Shown here: in pieces, positions 1 through 9,810 of the stretch
How positions within the stretch are numbered: position 1 is the stretch's first letter
How the letters are laid out: every line of letters starts with the position of its first letter
NCBI GenBank assembly: GCA_964466575.1
Contig: CAYXNP010000002.1
Location: 30,913-94,912 of the forward strand
Origin: Candidatus Woesearchaeota archaeon
GTDB taxonomy: Archaea > Nanobdellota > Nanobdellia > Pacearchaeales > GW2011-AR1
Length of the DNA stretch: 64,000 nucleotides
Reading direction: 5' to 3'
Position numbers and translations under genes: made by a program
Notes under the pieces: generated by a model
Told to the model about the DNA's origin: nothing
Databases searched by the model: none
What the model saw: only the letters and a program-made list of their open reading frames with translations

Positions 1-1333
1 TTGGTTCCCATCGCCATGGAGCAAGATAAATACTTGCGAATGCTTCGTTTTGGATGCTGATTAAATCTTCAGGTGTTAAGTCTCCAACAGTCAATACAGC
101 AGCATTATATCGTCGGTATTGTGAAAAATCTTCTGTCATTAATTTCAATCCCTTTTCGCCTTTTTTTGCCATTTCAAAAAGCTCTGTCCCTGGATATGGA
201 ACTGCAATGCTAATATTTGCTTGTTTAATTTCTTTTGATTTTCTTAAAAAGGCAAGTGTCTTTCTTACTGTTTCTTCTGTCTCGCCAGGAAGACCAATCA
301 TACATGAGTTTAATGTTTCTATATTATATTTATTGGTTAATTTGTTTGCAGTTTCATAACTTTCTAAAGGAACTAATTTTTTCATTGTGATTCTAATAGT
401 CTCATCAACAGATTCTAAACCAAACGAAAGCCTGATTAAACCAGCTTCTGCCATTTTAGCAATTAGTTCTTCGTCGACTAAATTTGAACGAGTGCTTCCT
501 TCCCACGTAATTCCTAAATTTTCTTTTATTATCAGGTCGCATATTTTCATTGTATGTTCTCTGCTTAATGTTAAGGTGTCGTCTAAAAACATAAAATGTT
601 CTGTGCCGTATTTTTCAATACATTCTTTCATTTCTTCAATAACTAATTCTGGGTCTTTTTTTCTTGTATCTTTTCCAAAAACTTTTGTGCTGCAAAATAT
701 GCAGTTAAATGGGCAACCACGCATTGTCATTATTGTTGTGAATTTTTTTATTCCTTGAATTGTTCCTAAATTGTATAATTCTGATTTAAGTAAATGTCTT
801 GAGGGTATTGGAATTGAATTGACGTCATGAACCGGCAAAGCCATTCCGGTAAATTTGATTTCGTTATTATCTCTATATATTATACCTTTAACTTGTGAAA
901 TGTCTTCCTTGTTTTCATATTTTTTTAAGAAATCTGGCCAAGAGTTGTCGCCTTCACCAATAAATGCATAATCAAAACAAGGTTCAAAAACTTTTTCTCT
1001 CAAGACAGTAATGTGTGGTCCGCCAATTGCAATAGGAACTGACGGCAATTCTTTTTTTAATTCATTTCCAAGTTCAACACAAATATGATAAAATGGTGTT
1101 GTGCCGGTAATTCCAATAACATTTGGAGCAAATTCTTTTGTTCTCTGAACTATCTCGTTAATTGAAATTCCTTCTGCTTCTCCGTCGATAATCTTGACTT
1201 CGTGTCCTTGTTTTTCAGCAATTGCTGCAAGATAAGCCAAGTTTAATGGCGGCCATTTACCTGCTTTTTTTGCGAAGTGAGCGATTTTTCCGTATGCTGA
1301 AGTCCATAATGGATACAAGAGCATTATTTTCAT
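1..1333 (-). CDS. B12-binding-domain radical SAM protein (3' end runs off the window)
   Basis: Read by hand; absent from the ORF track. ATG at 1333 gives MKIMLLYPLW...WPPLNLAYLAA...GGPH...MRGCPFNCIFC (CxxxCxxC). Confidence 0.9.
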   Translation of the reverse strand, partial: MKIMLLYPLWTSAYGKIAHFAKKAGKWPPLNLAYLAAIAEKQGHEVKIIDGEAEGISINEIVQRTKEFAPNVIGITGTTPFYHICVELGNELKKELPSVPIAIGGPHITVLREKVFEPCFDYAFIGEGDNSWPDFLKKYENKEDISQVKGIIYRDNNEIKFTGMALPVHDVNSIPIPSRHLLKSELYNLGTIQGIKKFTTIMTMRGCPFNCIFCSTKVFGKDTRKKDPELVIEEMKECIEKYGTEHFMFLDDTLTLSREHTMKICDLIIKENLGITWEGSTRSNLVDEELIAKMAEAGLIRLSFGLESVDETIRITMKKLVPLESYETANKLTNKYNIETLNSCMIGLPGETEETVRKTLAFLRKSKEIKQANISIAVPYPGTELFEMAKKGEKGLKLMTEDFSQYRRYNAAVLTVGDLTPEDLISIQNEAFASIYLAPWRWEP

Positions 1334-1421
1334 ATTTTTAAGAAATTTGTTTTGTTTTTAAAAGTTGTTAAGTTGTGATATATTATATATATCTTTATAA
1401 ATTATTATTCAACTAATTTTT

Positions 1422-2189
1422 ATGCCAGAAGAAAAAAGAATCATTGAAGCACAGCCCTCACTTGTAATAGCTTACTGTGAAAAAGGAAACAAGGTTCTTA
1501 CTTCTGTTTATGATGCTGGATATAGAAAAGGGAAAAGCCCATATGTTTTGACTCCAAATATTATTGGAGGAAATCCTGATTTAAAATATGTTAAAAATGG
1601 GCCATTAGAAGTTCTCGTTAGAGAGATTAATGAAGAATTTGATCCAGAATTTCAAATAGAACATCCAGATACAAATCAATTTAGACAGAGAGTTGCATGG
1701 GCAACACCAGAAGATATTGGTGTTGTTAGAAATGCTTTGTTTGAAGGTATAGAACCTTATCAGGATTTTTTTGTTGATGCTCAATCATTTAGAGAAGGAA
1801 CTGCAACTTACAAAGCGATTTATAGTTATTTCTTTTCAAACATATCTCCAGAAGTAATTGATGTTGTTGAGTCAAATCTTAGAAGACAAAAATCATTAAG
1901 TCCAGAAGGGCTTGTTGGAGTTTTTACATTAGAAGAATTGGAAAAAGACCCACGAGGAATGTTTGGCACGGCGCACATAACTGCTCCTGCATTAAATCAT
2001 TGTTTTGAAACAAATATTCCATACCCAGAAGAATACTTGAGGGTTTCTGTTGAAGGAATTCCAAGAGAATCTTATACAGGTTATCTTCTTGATTTTGAAT
2101 ATTCTAAAGTTAGAAAACCAAACCATAATGATCCTTCAAAAGAGGATCCAAGTTTTCATGAAGTTATTTTTGGTGTTGAAAAGGAATAA
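1422..2189 (+). CDS. Hypothetical protein with a degenerate Nudix-like box
   Basis: 255-aa ORF; GG...LEVLVREINEEF resembles the Nudix REUxEE motif. Confidence 0.55.
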   Translation: MPEEKRIIEAQPSLVIAYCEKGNKVLTSVYDAGYRKGKSPYVLTPNIIGGNPDLKYVKNGPLEVLVREINEEFDPEFQIEHPDTNQFRQRVAWATPEDIGVVRNALFEGIEPYQDFFVDAQSFREGTATYKAIYSYFFSNISPEVIDVVESNLRRQKSLSPEGLVGVFTLEELEKDPRGMFGTAHITAPALNHCFETNIPYPEEYLRVSVEGIPRESYTGYLLDFEYSKVRKPNHNDPSKEDPSFHEVIFGVEKE

Positions 2190-2281
2190 TTTTAATTTGA
2201 AAAATAGTTGCTTCGCAATAATTTAAGTTGATATAATTTGAGTTAACATTGTTTAAAAATGGTTTCGCAAAGGCGAGAAGT

Positions 2282-3583
2282 TTAAGGAAAATCTATACAC
2301 ATTGGATCTTCATCTAAAGAGCCCATTGCGATTTCTTCGATTTGTCGAGCGTATTCACCATAAGTGCATCTTCCGCATTCTGCATTAACACTTATTCCCT
2401 TAAGTAATTCTCTATGTTTATCTGTTCCCCAAAATTCAAGAATTTTTTCTGGATTTGGAAAATGAGAAGTTAGCTTAAATCGTTGTTCAATTCTGTGGTC
2501 AGCACAGACATAAACGTGGCCGTCAGCACATGCTTGCAACATTAATGGTGCGCATACACAATTTTTGAAAGTGTGTATTACTCTAAATTCAGGGTCGTAT
2601 TTGTGCATTATTGTAAATACTCTAAAGTTTTCACCGTCGCCGAGGTCATGGCACTTTTCAAATAGTTCGTGTATTTTTTCAATATTATAATTTAATTCCA
2701 TTGCGTTTTTGAAGTCTTTTCTTTCCAAATCTGCCGGTCTTGCATGAAAATCCCTAACACCAATATCTTTTGCAAGTTTGGCGGCTTCATAGACGTCATG
2801 CCAGTTGTCTGGACGAATTAGGAATTTAAATGCAATGTCAATTTTACTTCCTGTTTCTTGTTTTTTTCTCATTAATAGGCGGAGGTTTTCAATAACTCTT
2901 TTGTATGTGTTTCCATTTCCATTTTCGTCCCCCATTTCTCGTTTGAATAATTCTCTAATTTTGTTAAATATTATTTCATTATTAACGTCGACGCCATGCA
3001 CTTTTTCGTAACATTCTTTTACTTTGTCAAAAGTTATATCACTTTCACCAAATCCATGAACTTTGTCGAATACTTCTTTTGAACCAGAATCAACTGAAAC
3101 ACCCACCCAACGACAATGCATCATTTGATTTGCTATTTCTTCATTGATGATGCTCCCATTTGTTGCAAATGAACATTGCATTCCTTTGCTCTTAATATAT
3201 TCTGGAAGTTTCCAAACATTTCTATTCATTAAAGGTTCTCCGCCGCCACCTAAACAAACTCCTTTAACTCCCCACTTTGCCGCGAAATCGATTAAATTTT
3301 TCAGATGTTGTTCTGTCATTAATTTCATATCTTTTGGAACTTGCTCTGGATTTAATGTAAGGTATCGTTGAGCATTGCAATGCTCGCATTTATAATTACA
3401 AATATGTGCGGGGTCTAAAGAAAGTTCTATTGGCGGAGGTAACTGTACTCCTGGAACTCCTTTTAACCATTGGGCAATTGGTTTATAGTGCGTGTGATAA
3501 TAAATTAAACCCTTATAAGAATTAAATGAATTATACTTGCTTTTATCGTTCCACTCGCGCTCTTTTTTTCTTATGTCTATCAT
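2282..3583 (-). CDS. Radical SAM/SPASM-type protein
   Basis: CNYKCEHC, GGGEP, C-terminal Cys residues (C...CADH...CGRC). ATG at 3583 preferred over the TTG at 3595. Confidence 0.88.
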   Translation of the reverse strand: MIDIRKKEREWNDKSKYNSFNSYKGLIYYHTHYKPIAQWLKGVPGVQLPPPIELSLDPAHICNYKCEHCNAQRYLTLNPEQVPKDMKLMTEQHLKNLIDFAAKWGVKGVCLGGGGEPLMNRNVWKLPEYIKSKGMQCSFATNGSIINEEIANQMMHCRWVGVSVDSGSKEVFDKVHGFGESDITFDKVKECYEKVHGVDVNNEIIFNKIRELFKREMGDENGNGNTYKRVIENLRLLMRKKQETGSKIDIAFKFLIRPDNWHDVYEAAKLAKDIGVRDFHARPADLERKDFKNAMELNYNIEKIHELFEKCHDLGDGENFRVFTIMHKYDPEFRVIHTFKNCVCAPLMLQACADGHVYVCADHRIEQRFKLTSHFPNPEKILEFWGTDKHRELLKGISVNAECGRCTYGEYARQIEEIAMGSLDEDPMCIDFP

Positions 3584-3694
3584 TTGATTTTTCAAAAAAA
3601 TGAAATTTGGTTATAAACATTGTTGTTTTTAGATATATAGTTGTCCTACATTTAATTTGAAAAAATTTATAAGGAAAGCAATTTAATAAAAATT

Positions 3695-4198
3695 ATGATT
3701 ATAAACTTTGAAGATTTGTCAAAGATTAGAAATGAAAATATTAATAAAAAAATAGTTTTTTGTTCTGGAAGTTTTGATATTACTCATGTTGGGCATATTA
3801 TTTTTTTTGAAGAGTGTAATAAATATGGAAACATTCTTATTGTCGGTGTGGGAAGTGATAAAATGTTAAGATATCATAAGGGCGGCAATAGACCTATTTT
3901 AAATGAACATATACGATTGAAAACAATTGATAGCTTTAAGTGTGTTGATTATTCTTTTATTGATTCTGTATCTACGCCTGATGAACCTTTAATATTATTG
4001 AGATGTGTATTTGAGAGTTTAAAGCCAGATTTTTATTTAATTAACGATGATGCATTTGATATCCCCTATAGAGAAAGGGTTTGTGAGGAATTTAAAGTTA
4101 AATTGATTATATTAAAAAGGTGGTGCCCTCCTGAATTCGAAGATATTTCTACATCAAAAATAATAGAAAAAATAAAAAATTTAGATAAGAGTAATTAA
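3695..4198 (+). CDS. Cytidylyl/adenylyltransferase (RfaE domain II/HldC or TagD-like)
   Basis: GSFDITHVGH (HxGH), KGxxRPI and C-terminal ISTSKII. Confidence 0.85.
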   Translation: MIINFEDLSKIRNENINKKIVFCSGSFDITHVGHIIFFEECNKYGNILIVGVGSDKMLRYHKGGNRPILNEHIRLKTIDSFKCVDYSFIDSVSTPDEPLILLRCVFESLKPDFYLINDDAFDIPYRERVCEEFKVKLIILKRWCPPEFEDISTSKIIEKIKNLDKSN

Positions 4199-4209
4199 AC
4201 TAAATAATA

Positions 4210-4217
4210 TTTAAAAA
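4210..4217 (+). promoter_or_regulatory. Representative archaeal TATA box close to the start codon
   Basis: TTTA[A/T]A boxes start 29 nt before ATG at 3666/3695, 4210/4239, 5731/5760, 22244/22273, 26516/26545 and 60244/60273, implying near-leaderless mRNAs. Confidence 0.75.
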
Positions 4218-4238
4218 GAGATTTTTATTGGGAATTAA

Positions 4239-5705
4239 ATGGAGAAAATGTTGGATGTTCTTTTAGTTAATGCTGGAGGAATGAGAAAAAGAGTTTATCA
4301 GGAATTGAGCAGGGATTATTCTGCGATTGAGCCGCCATTTTGGGCTGCGTTGACTGCGGGTTTTGTTAGAAAAAAAGGATTTAGTGTTAAAATTCTCGAC
4401 GCTAATGCAGAAAATATTGATATTAAAGAAACAGTAGAGATAATAAAAGAACTTAATCCTAGATTTGTGAACATTATAGTTTATGGGCAACACCCTTCAG
4501 CATCAACCCAATTAATGGTTAGTGTTGGGAATTTATGCCGAGAAATAAAAAACAATGAACCCTTAAGAAAGATTTTATTGATAGGTTTGCATCCGTCTGC
4601 TTTGCCTGAAAAAACAATGAAGGAAGAAGTTTGTGATTATGTTTCGCAAGGAGAAGGATTTTATACAATTCTTGGATTATTGGAAAATAAAAACTTAAAT
4701 GAAATTCCTGGTTTGTGGTATAGGGAAAATAATTTAATAAAATCAAACGCGCCTGCTCCTTTAATTCAAGATTTAACAACTGAACTAAGTGATGTCGCTT
4801 GGGATTTACTGCCAATGGATAAATACAAAGCTCACAATTGGCATTGTTTGCATGATTTAGAATCGCGGGGAAGTTATGCTTCTTTATCAACAAGCTTGGG
4901 TTGCCCTTATAATTGTATTTTTTGCTGTATTAATTCGCCGTTTGGAAAATCTGGATATAGATGCTGGAGCCCTGAATGGGTATTGAAACAGCTTGATATT
5001 TTAGTTAAAGAATATAGTGTTAAAAATGTAAAGTTAATAGATGAACTGTTTGTTTTGAATCCGAAGCATTTTATGGAAATTTGCGACGGTGTTATTCAAA
5101 GAGGATATAAATTAAATTTTTGGGCTTATGCGAGGATTGATACTGTCAAGGAAGAACATTTAAGAAAAATGAAGCAAGCAGGAATTAATTGGCTTGCGTT
5201 AGGAATTGAATCTGCAAGTGAAGAAGTTAGGCAGGGTGCTGAGAAAGGCAGGTTTAATGAAACAGATATTGTAAATATTGTGAAAATGATTAAAGATGTT
5301 GATATTAATATTATTGGAAATTATATGTTCGGTTTGCCTGAAGATGATTTTCAATCAATGCAAGAAACATTAAAACTTTCTCTTGATTTAAATTGCGAGT
5401 TTGGGAATTTTTATTGTGCTTCTGCTTATCCTGGTTCAAAATTATATACTTGGGCAGTTGAAAATAATATTCAATTGCCAGAATCATGGGAAGGTTATGC
5501 TCAGCATAATTACAACTTTCTTTCTCTTCCAACAAAAACTTTGTCTCCCAAGGAGGTTCTTGAATATAGAGACTATGCTTTTGATGTTTATTTTAAGAAT
5601 CCAATATATTTGAAAATGATTGAAGAGCGATTTGGAATTGTTGCAAGAAAACATATTGAAGAAATGACAAAAATAAAATTGAAGAGAAAGTTGTTGGGCG
5701 ATTGA
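4239..5705 (+). CDS. B12-binding-domain radical SAM protein
   Basis: EPP...GLHPS...GEG, GCPYNCIFC, GIES, YPGS. Confidence 0.9.
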   Translation: MEKMLDVLLVNAGGMRKRVYQELSRDYSAIEPPFWAALTAGFVRKKGFSVKILDANAENIDIKETVEIIKELNPRFVNIIVYGQHPSASTQLMVSVGNLCREIKNNEPLRKILLIGLHPSALPEKTMKEEVCDYVSQGEGFYTILGLLENKNLNEIPGLWYRENNLIKSNAPAPLIQDLTTELSDVAWDLLPMDKYKAHNWHCLHDLESRGSYASLSTSLGCPYNCIFCCINSPFGKSGYRCWSPEWVLKQLDILVKEYSVKNVKLIDELFVLNPKHFMEICDGVIQRGYKLNFWAYARIDTVKEEHLRKMKQAGINWLALGIESASEEVRQGAEKGRFNETDIVNIVKMIKDVDINIIGNYMFGLPEDDFQSMQETLKLSLDLNCEFGNFYCASAYPGSKLYTWAVENNIQLPESWEGYAQHNYNFLSLPTKTLSPKEVLEYRDYAFDVYFKNPIYLKMIEERFGIVARKHIEEMTKIKLKRKLLGD

Positions 5706-5759
5706 GATAAATATTATTACTACATAAATCTTTAAAAACAAATTGGAATTTTATGAAAT

Positions 5760-6473
5760 ATGGATTTTATTGAATATAATCAATTTGGAGAAGTTAAAAA
5801 AGAGATAAATGATCTGAAAATTAAAATGGATGAAATGAAATTAGTTCTTGAAAGAAATTTAAATAGTAATGGAAATGGTTTAACAAATCTGACAGCAGAG
5901 GATTTAATTGCTTTTGAAAATGACATTATTGAGATTTATGAAGCTGGAAAAATTAAGGCGCCTGTTCATTTTTGTAAAGGCAATGAAGAGCAACTTATTG
6001 AGATTTTTAAGAAAGTAGGAAAAGATGATTGGATTTTCTCGACGCATAGAAGTCATTATCATGCGTTATTAAAAGGTGTTGACCCATTGTGGTTGAAAAG
6101 AGAAATACTTGAAAAAAGAAGTATTCATATTAACAATAAAGAATATAAAACATTTACTTCTGCGATTGTCGGAGGAATTCTTCCTATTGCGCTTGGAGTT
6201 GCGCTTGCAATAAAACTAAAAAAAACAAACGAGAGAGTTTGGGCATTTGTCGGAGATATGTGTGCTGAAATGGGTGTTTTTCATGAATGTACAAAATATG
6301 CAAAAAGGCATAATTTGCCAATAACTTTTGTTGTAGAAGACAACAATTTAAGTGTTAACACTCCAACGCAAAAAGTTTGGGGTGAAAATGATTTTGGTAA
6401 TGCAAATATTATCAGATATAAATACAAAAGAATTTGTCCCCATCATGGTTCTGGAAAATGGGTGACTTTTTAA
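5760..6473 (+). CDS. TPP-dependent enzyme, short E1-alpha-like subunit
   Basis: STHRSHYH, AIVGG, TPP motif GD...EDNN. Confidence 0.85.
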   Translation: MDFIEYNQFGEVKKEINDLKIKMDEMKLVLERNLNSNGNGLTNLTAEDLIAFENDIIEIYEAGKIKAPVHFCKGNEEQLIEIFKKVGKDDWIFSTHRSHYHALLKGVDPLWLKREILEKRSIHINNKEYKTFTSAIVGGILPIALGVALAIKLKKTNERVWAFVGDMCAEMGVFHECTKYAKRHNLPITFVVEDNNLSVNTPTQKVWGENDFGNANIIRYKYKRICPHHGSGKWVTF

Positions 6474-6474
6474 A

Positions 6475-7035
6475 ATGAGTTACAAAGATGAAATAAAAAA
6501 AGCAATGACGATGTTAGGACAGCATCCGAAAACAATTTTTCTTGGACAAACAGTAGAATATTCTGGAAGTTGTATTTATGGGAGTTTAGAAGATGTTCCT
6601 AATGAAAAAAGAATTGAACTTCCAATTATCGAAGATACTCAAATGGGAATGTCTATTGGTTTAAGTTTGGAAGGATTTATTCCAATATCTATTTTTCCCA
6701 GGTTTGATTTTTTTATATGCGCTACTAATCAATTAGTAAATCACTTGGATAAAACTAGAGAGATGAGTAATGGGCGGTTTACTCCAAAAGTTATACTTAG
6801 AACAATGATAGGAGGTACAAATCCGCTTTATCCAGGAGTACAGCATTGTTCAGATTATACTGAAGCAATGAAACATTTTTTAAAAGATGTTGATGTTGTG
6901 AGTTTAACAAAAGAAGAAGATGTTATGTCTGTTTATAAAAGAGCTTTAGAAAGCGATAGGTCAACTTTAATTATTGAAGTAGCAGATTTATATAACGATG
7001 ATATTATTAGTGGTGAGAGAATAGGGAAGGATTAA
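6475..7035 (+). CDS. TPP-dependent enzyme, E1-beta-like pyrimidine-binding domain only
   Basis: LPIIE..MGMSIG, NQLVN, GVQH; starts 1 nt after the alpha stop. Confidence 0.85.
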   Translation: MSYKDEIKKAMTMLGQHPKTIFLGQTVEYSGSCIYGSLEDVPNEKRIELPIIEDTQMGMSIGLSLEGFIPISIFPRFDFFICATNQLVNHLDKTREMSNGRFTPKVILRTMIGGTNPLYPGVQHCSDYTEAMKHFLKDVDVVSLTKEEDVMSVYKRALESDRSTLIIEVADLYNDDIISGERIGKD

Positions 7036-7041
7036 ATTAAA

Positions 7042-7668
7042 ATGTTTAATGGAAAATTTGTTTGGTTGAAGGGTGCAATAAAAAAGTGGTTTTTGTTATT
7101 TGGTTATGAAATAGTTAAAGATAATAACGGCAATCATTTGAAGAAAATTTATTCTTCTAAATCTGCAATTCAGTTTATGAAAGAAAATTACAATAAAAAA
7201 GATTTAATTGTTGCTGAAATTGGGGTGTGGAAAGGTCACACTACAGAACATATAATAAAAACATTACCGATAAAAAGAATTTATGCAATTGATTCTTGGG
7301 CCCCTTGGAGTTCAAGTGAACATAACGAAGAAATAATTCAAACTGCAATGAAAGAAGCTAAAAAGAAGTTATCAAAATATGGCAATAAAGTCATCATCAT
7401 AAAAAAATATTCAAAAGACGCAGTTAAAGATATTAAAGAAAAATTAGATTTTGTTTATATTGATGGCGACCATGATTATGAATTTGTTAAAGACGACATT
7501 GAACAATATTATAAACTTTTAAAAAAAGGAGGGGTTTTGTCTGGTGATGATATTGAAAATAGAAGATTACCTAATGGAGTTTTCAAAGCATTATCTGAAT
7601 TTTCAGTTAAGAATAAATTAGATGTCAAAATTGAAGGGAATAATTGGTGGTTGATAAAACCGGATTAG
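7042..7668 (+). CDS. Class I SAM-dependent methyltransferase (Methyltransf_24-like)
   Basis: EIGVWKG, DFVYIDGDHDYE, LKKGG. Confidence 0.85.
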   Translation: MFNGKFVWLKGAIKKWFLLFGYEIVKDNNGNHLKKIYSSKSAIQFMKENYNKKDLIVAEIGVWKGHTTEHIIKTLPIKRIYAIDSWAPWSSSEHNEEIIQTAMKEAKKKLSKYGNKVIIIKKYSKDAVKDIKEKLDFVYIDGDHDYEFVKDDIEQYYKLLKKGGVLSGDDIENRRLPNGVFKALSEFSVKNKLDVKIEGNNWWLIKPD

Positions 7669-9692
7669 AAATATTTCCATTTCTTAAATGAATCAATAAT
7701 CGGGCGAGTGAATAAAATATCTTTTAGGTCGTGTCCCATTGCTGAAGAGACATTGCAAATATGGGTGCAATCGCATTTATGATTTTTAATTTGATTAAAT
7801 AATTTTCTAGCTGGTTGTGATTTTAATAATTGCTCTGGAGAATTTTCTTTAAGGTTTCCAATTTTTGGCTGAAGTTCGCAGATTCTTAATGAACCATCGC
7901 TTTCTAAGATTAAATCATTTGTTCCTGCATTGCATTTGAAGGGCCATTTTTTACCTTCGAGAACTTCCATTTGAGAAATTATTATATGTCTATCTCGAAT
8001 ATTAGTGTAAATTCTTTTCAATAAACTTTTATGTTTTTTGGCATTATAATATTTTCTTGCATTATATCTTAAATTATTAATTTTATTAAAATCTTTTTTG
8101 TTTGGAAGAGTCAATAAACCTTTATGTTCTCCTCTAAGTAAATCAAAAAAGTGGTCTGATAAATCAAGTTTTTTTACTAATTCAATTAATGCTGGAAGGT
8201 CATTGATGTTTTCATTTGTGATAACTGTATTCACTGTAAGATACTTGAGGTTTGGATGTATTTTTCTTAATTCATTCATTTTTTTTATGAACTGGATTGA
8301 TTTCTTAAAATTTCCCTTTATTCCTCGAAGAAAATCGTGGCGCGCTTCTAATCCATCTAAAGAACAATCAATTGCAAAATCAACATGTGGATATTTCTTT
8401 AAGACTTTTTCCATGTCAGTTACAACTTTATTTTCCATTAAACAATTAGTTGGTATGCTGATTAAATTTGGATTAGTATATTTTATAATTAAATCTATAA
8501 TTTCTGGGAAGTCTTTTCTTATGAATGGTTCGCCCCCAGAAAGCAAAACCTCTGAAAGGTTGTAAAATTTTGATAATATTTCTTCGATTTCCTTGAGAGA
8601 TAAATCATTATTTTTGTTTAAATCTTTCCAATAAAAACAATGTTTGCATTTTGAATTGCATTTTGTTGTTATGAAAAAAGTGACGCCGCTTAACTTCTTT
8701 TTGTTTACATTTTTAATAAAACCCAAGTATTTCTTTTCTATATTTCTTGTTCTTACTAAAAATGGAAATTCTATTGTGTCAAACATTTCAGAATCAGAAA
8801 TTTTTCTTTTGTCTTGAATGTATTTGCGTTTTTTAAGAGTTTGGTTTAATTTTTTTAAATTGTATAAATATGCTCTAAAGACTTCAATACCATGTTTTTT
8901 GAGTAATAATGTCTGAAAAAAGTCAGTTAATAAAAAAGGAGTATTTAGAATAATTGTTTTTGATTCGAAATTTTTTAATAGTGTTGTTAGTTTATTCCGT
9001 TTGTCTCTGTATGTTTCTTTTTTCATTGGCGCGTTTTTCATTGTATGGTGGCTTAAATGAAATGAAACTAAGTCAGAATTATAGACAACTTTCCAACCAG
9101 CAATGTTTGCTCTTAAACCTAAATCAGAGTCTTCAACACCATAATAATAATCAGAATCAAAACCGCCAATTTCTTGTACCATTTTTTTCCTAATTATTAA
9201 TGAGGCGCTTTTCAAATAACCAACTCTTCTAAAAGAATTGTATTGTCCGATATCTTTTTCTCCAAAACCAATGTCTGTTCCTCCCCCATTTCTTGCAAGA
9301 ATTCCTCCAGCAGCGTCTATTAAACCATCTGCTCTAATTATTTTTCCATTACACAAACCGACATCTAAATGAGAATCCATATATTTGACTGCATTTTTAA
9401 TCCACTCTTTTGTTAATTTTGCATCACTGTCCATGACTACAAAATACTCTGAATTTGACATTGACATGCCAATATTTCTTTTTTTGGAAGGACCTTCATT
9501 TGGTACATCTACAAAATTTATAGAAGAATAATTTTTTTTAATAAATTCTTTTGTATTGTCTGTTGAATCGTTGTCTAATAAATAAATTTTAATTTTCTTA
9601 TAAGTTTGATTATTTATTGAGTCTATACAATCTCCTAAAATGTTTTTATTATTATGTGAAACAATTATAACATCAACATTTGATTCTTTCAT
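7665..9692 (-). CDS. GT2 glycosyltransferase fused to a radical SAM/SPASM domain
   Basis: N-half: VIIVSHN, DNDSTD, MDSD, GGFD...EDSD. C-half: CNSKCKHC, SGGEP, CNAG...CELQ...CDCTHIC. Confidence 0.9.
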   Translation of the reverse strand: MKESNVDVIIVSHNNKNILGDCIDSINNQTYKKIKIYLLDNDSTDNTKEFIKKNYSSINFVDVPNEGPSKKRNIGMSMSNSEYFVVMDSDAKLTKEWIKNAVKYMDSHLDVGLCNGKIIRADGLIDAAGGILARNGGGTDIGFGEKDIGQYNSFRRVGYLKSASLIIRKKMVQEIGGFDSDYYYGVEDSDLGLRANIAGWKVVYNSDLVSFHLSHHTMKNAPMKKETYRDKRNKLTTLLKNFESKTIILNTPFLLTDFFQTLLLKKHGIEVFRAYLYNLKKLNQTLKKRKYIQDKRKISDSEMFDTIEFPFLVRTRNIEKKYLGFIKNVNKKKLSGVTFFITTKCNSKCKHCFYWKDLNKNNDLSLKEIEEILSKFYNLSEVLLSGGEPFIRKDFPEIIDLIIKYTNPNLISIPTNCLMENKVVTDMEKVLKKYPHVDFAIDCSLDGLEARHDFLRGIKGNFKKSIQFIKKMNELRKIHPNLKYLTVNTVITNENINDLPALIELVKKLDLSDHFFDLLRGEHKGLLTLPNKKDFNKINNLRYNARKYYNAKKHKSLLKRIYTNIRDRHIIISQMEVLEGKKWPFKCNAGTNDLILESDGSLRICELQPKIGNLKENSPEQLLKSQPARKLFNQIKNHKCDCTHICNVSSAMGHDLKDILFTRPIIDSFKKWKYF

Positions 9693-9810
9693 TTTTGTAT
9701 AGTTATGGAATCCTTTTTAAGCTTTATTTAGAAATGTTAACTAAATTGTATATTTTGAATATCATATTTTAGATAGATAAACCTTAAAAAACGCCTGACT
9801 TTCTGTCGTT

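Noticed and set aside
54..758. Plus-strand ORFs 54-359 and 387-758, and most short ORFs overlapping long genes
   Set aside because: They are antisense or off-frame shadows of well-supported genes.
5760..7035. Pyruvate dehydrogenase complex or phosphonate pathway
   Set aside because: Subunits are truncated, and no E2/E3 or PEP mutase is present in the window.
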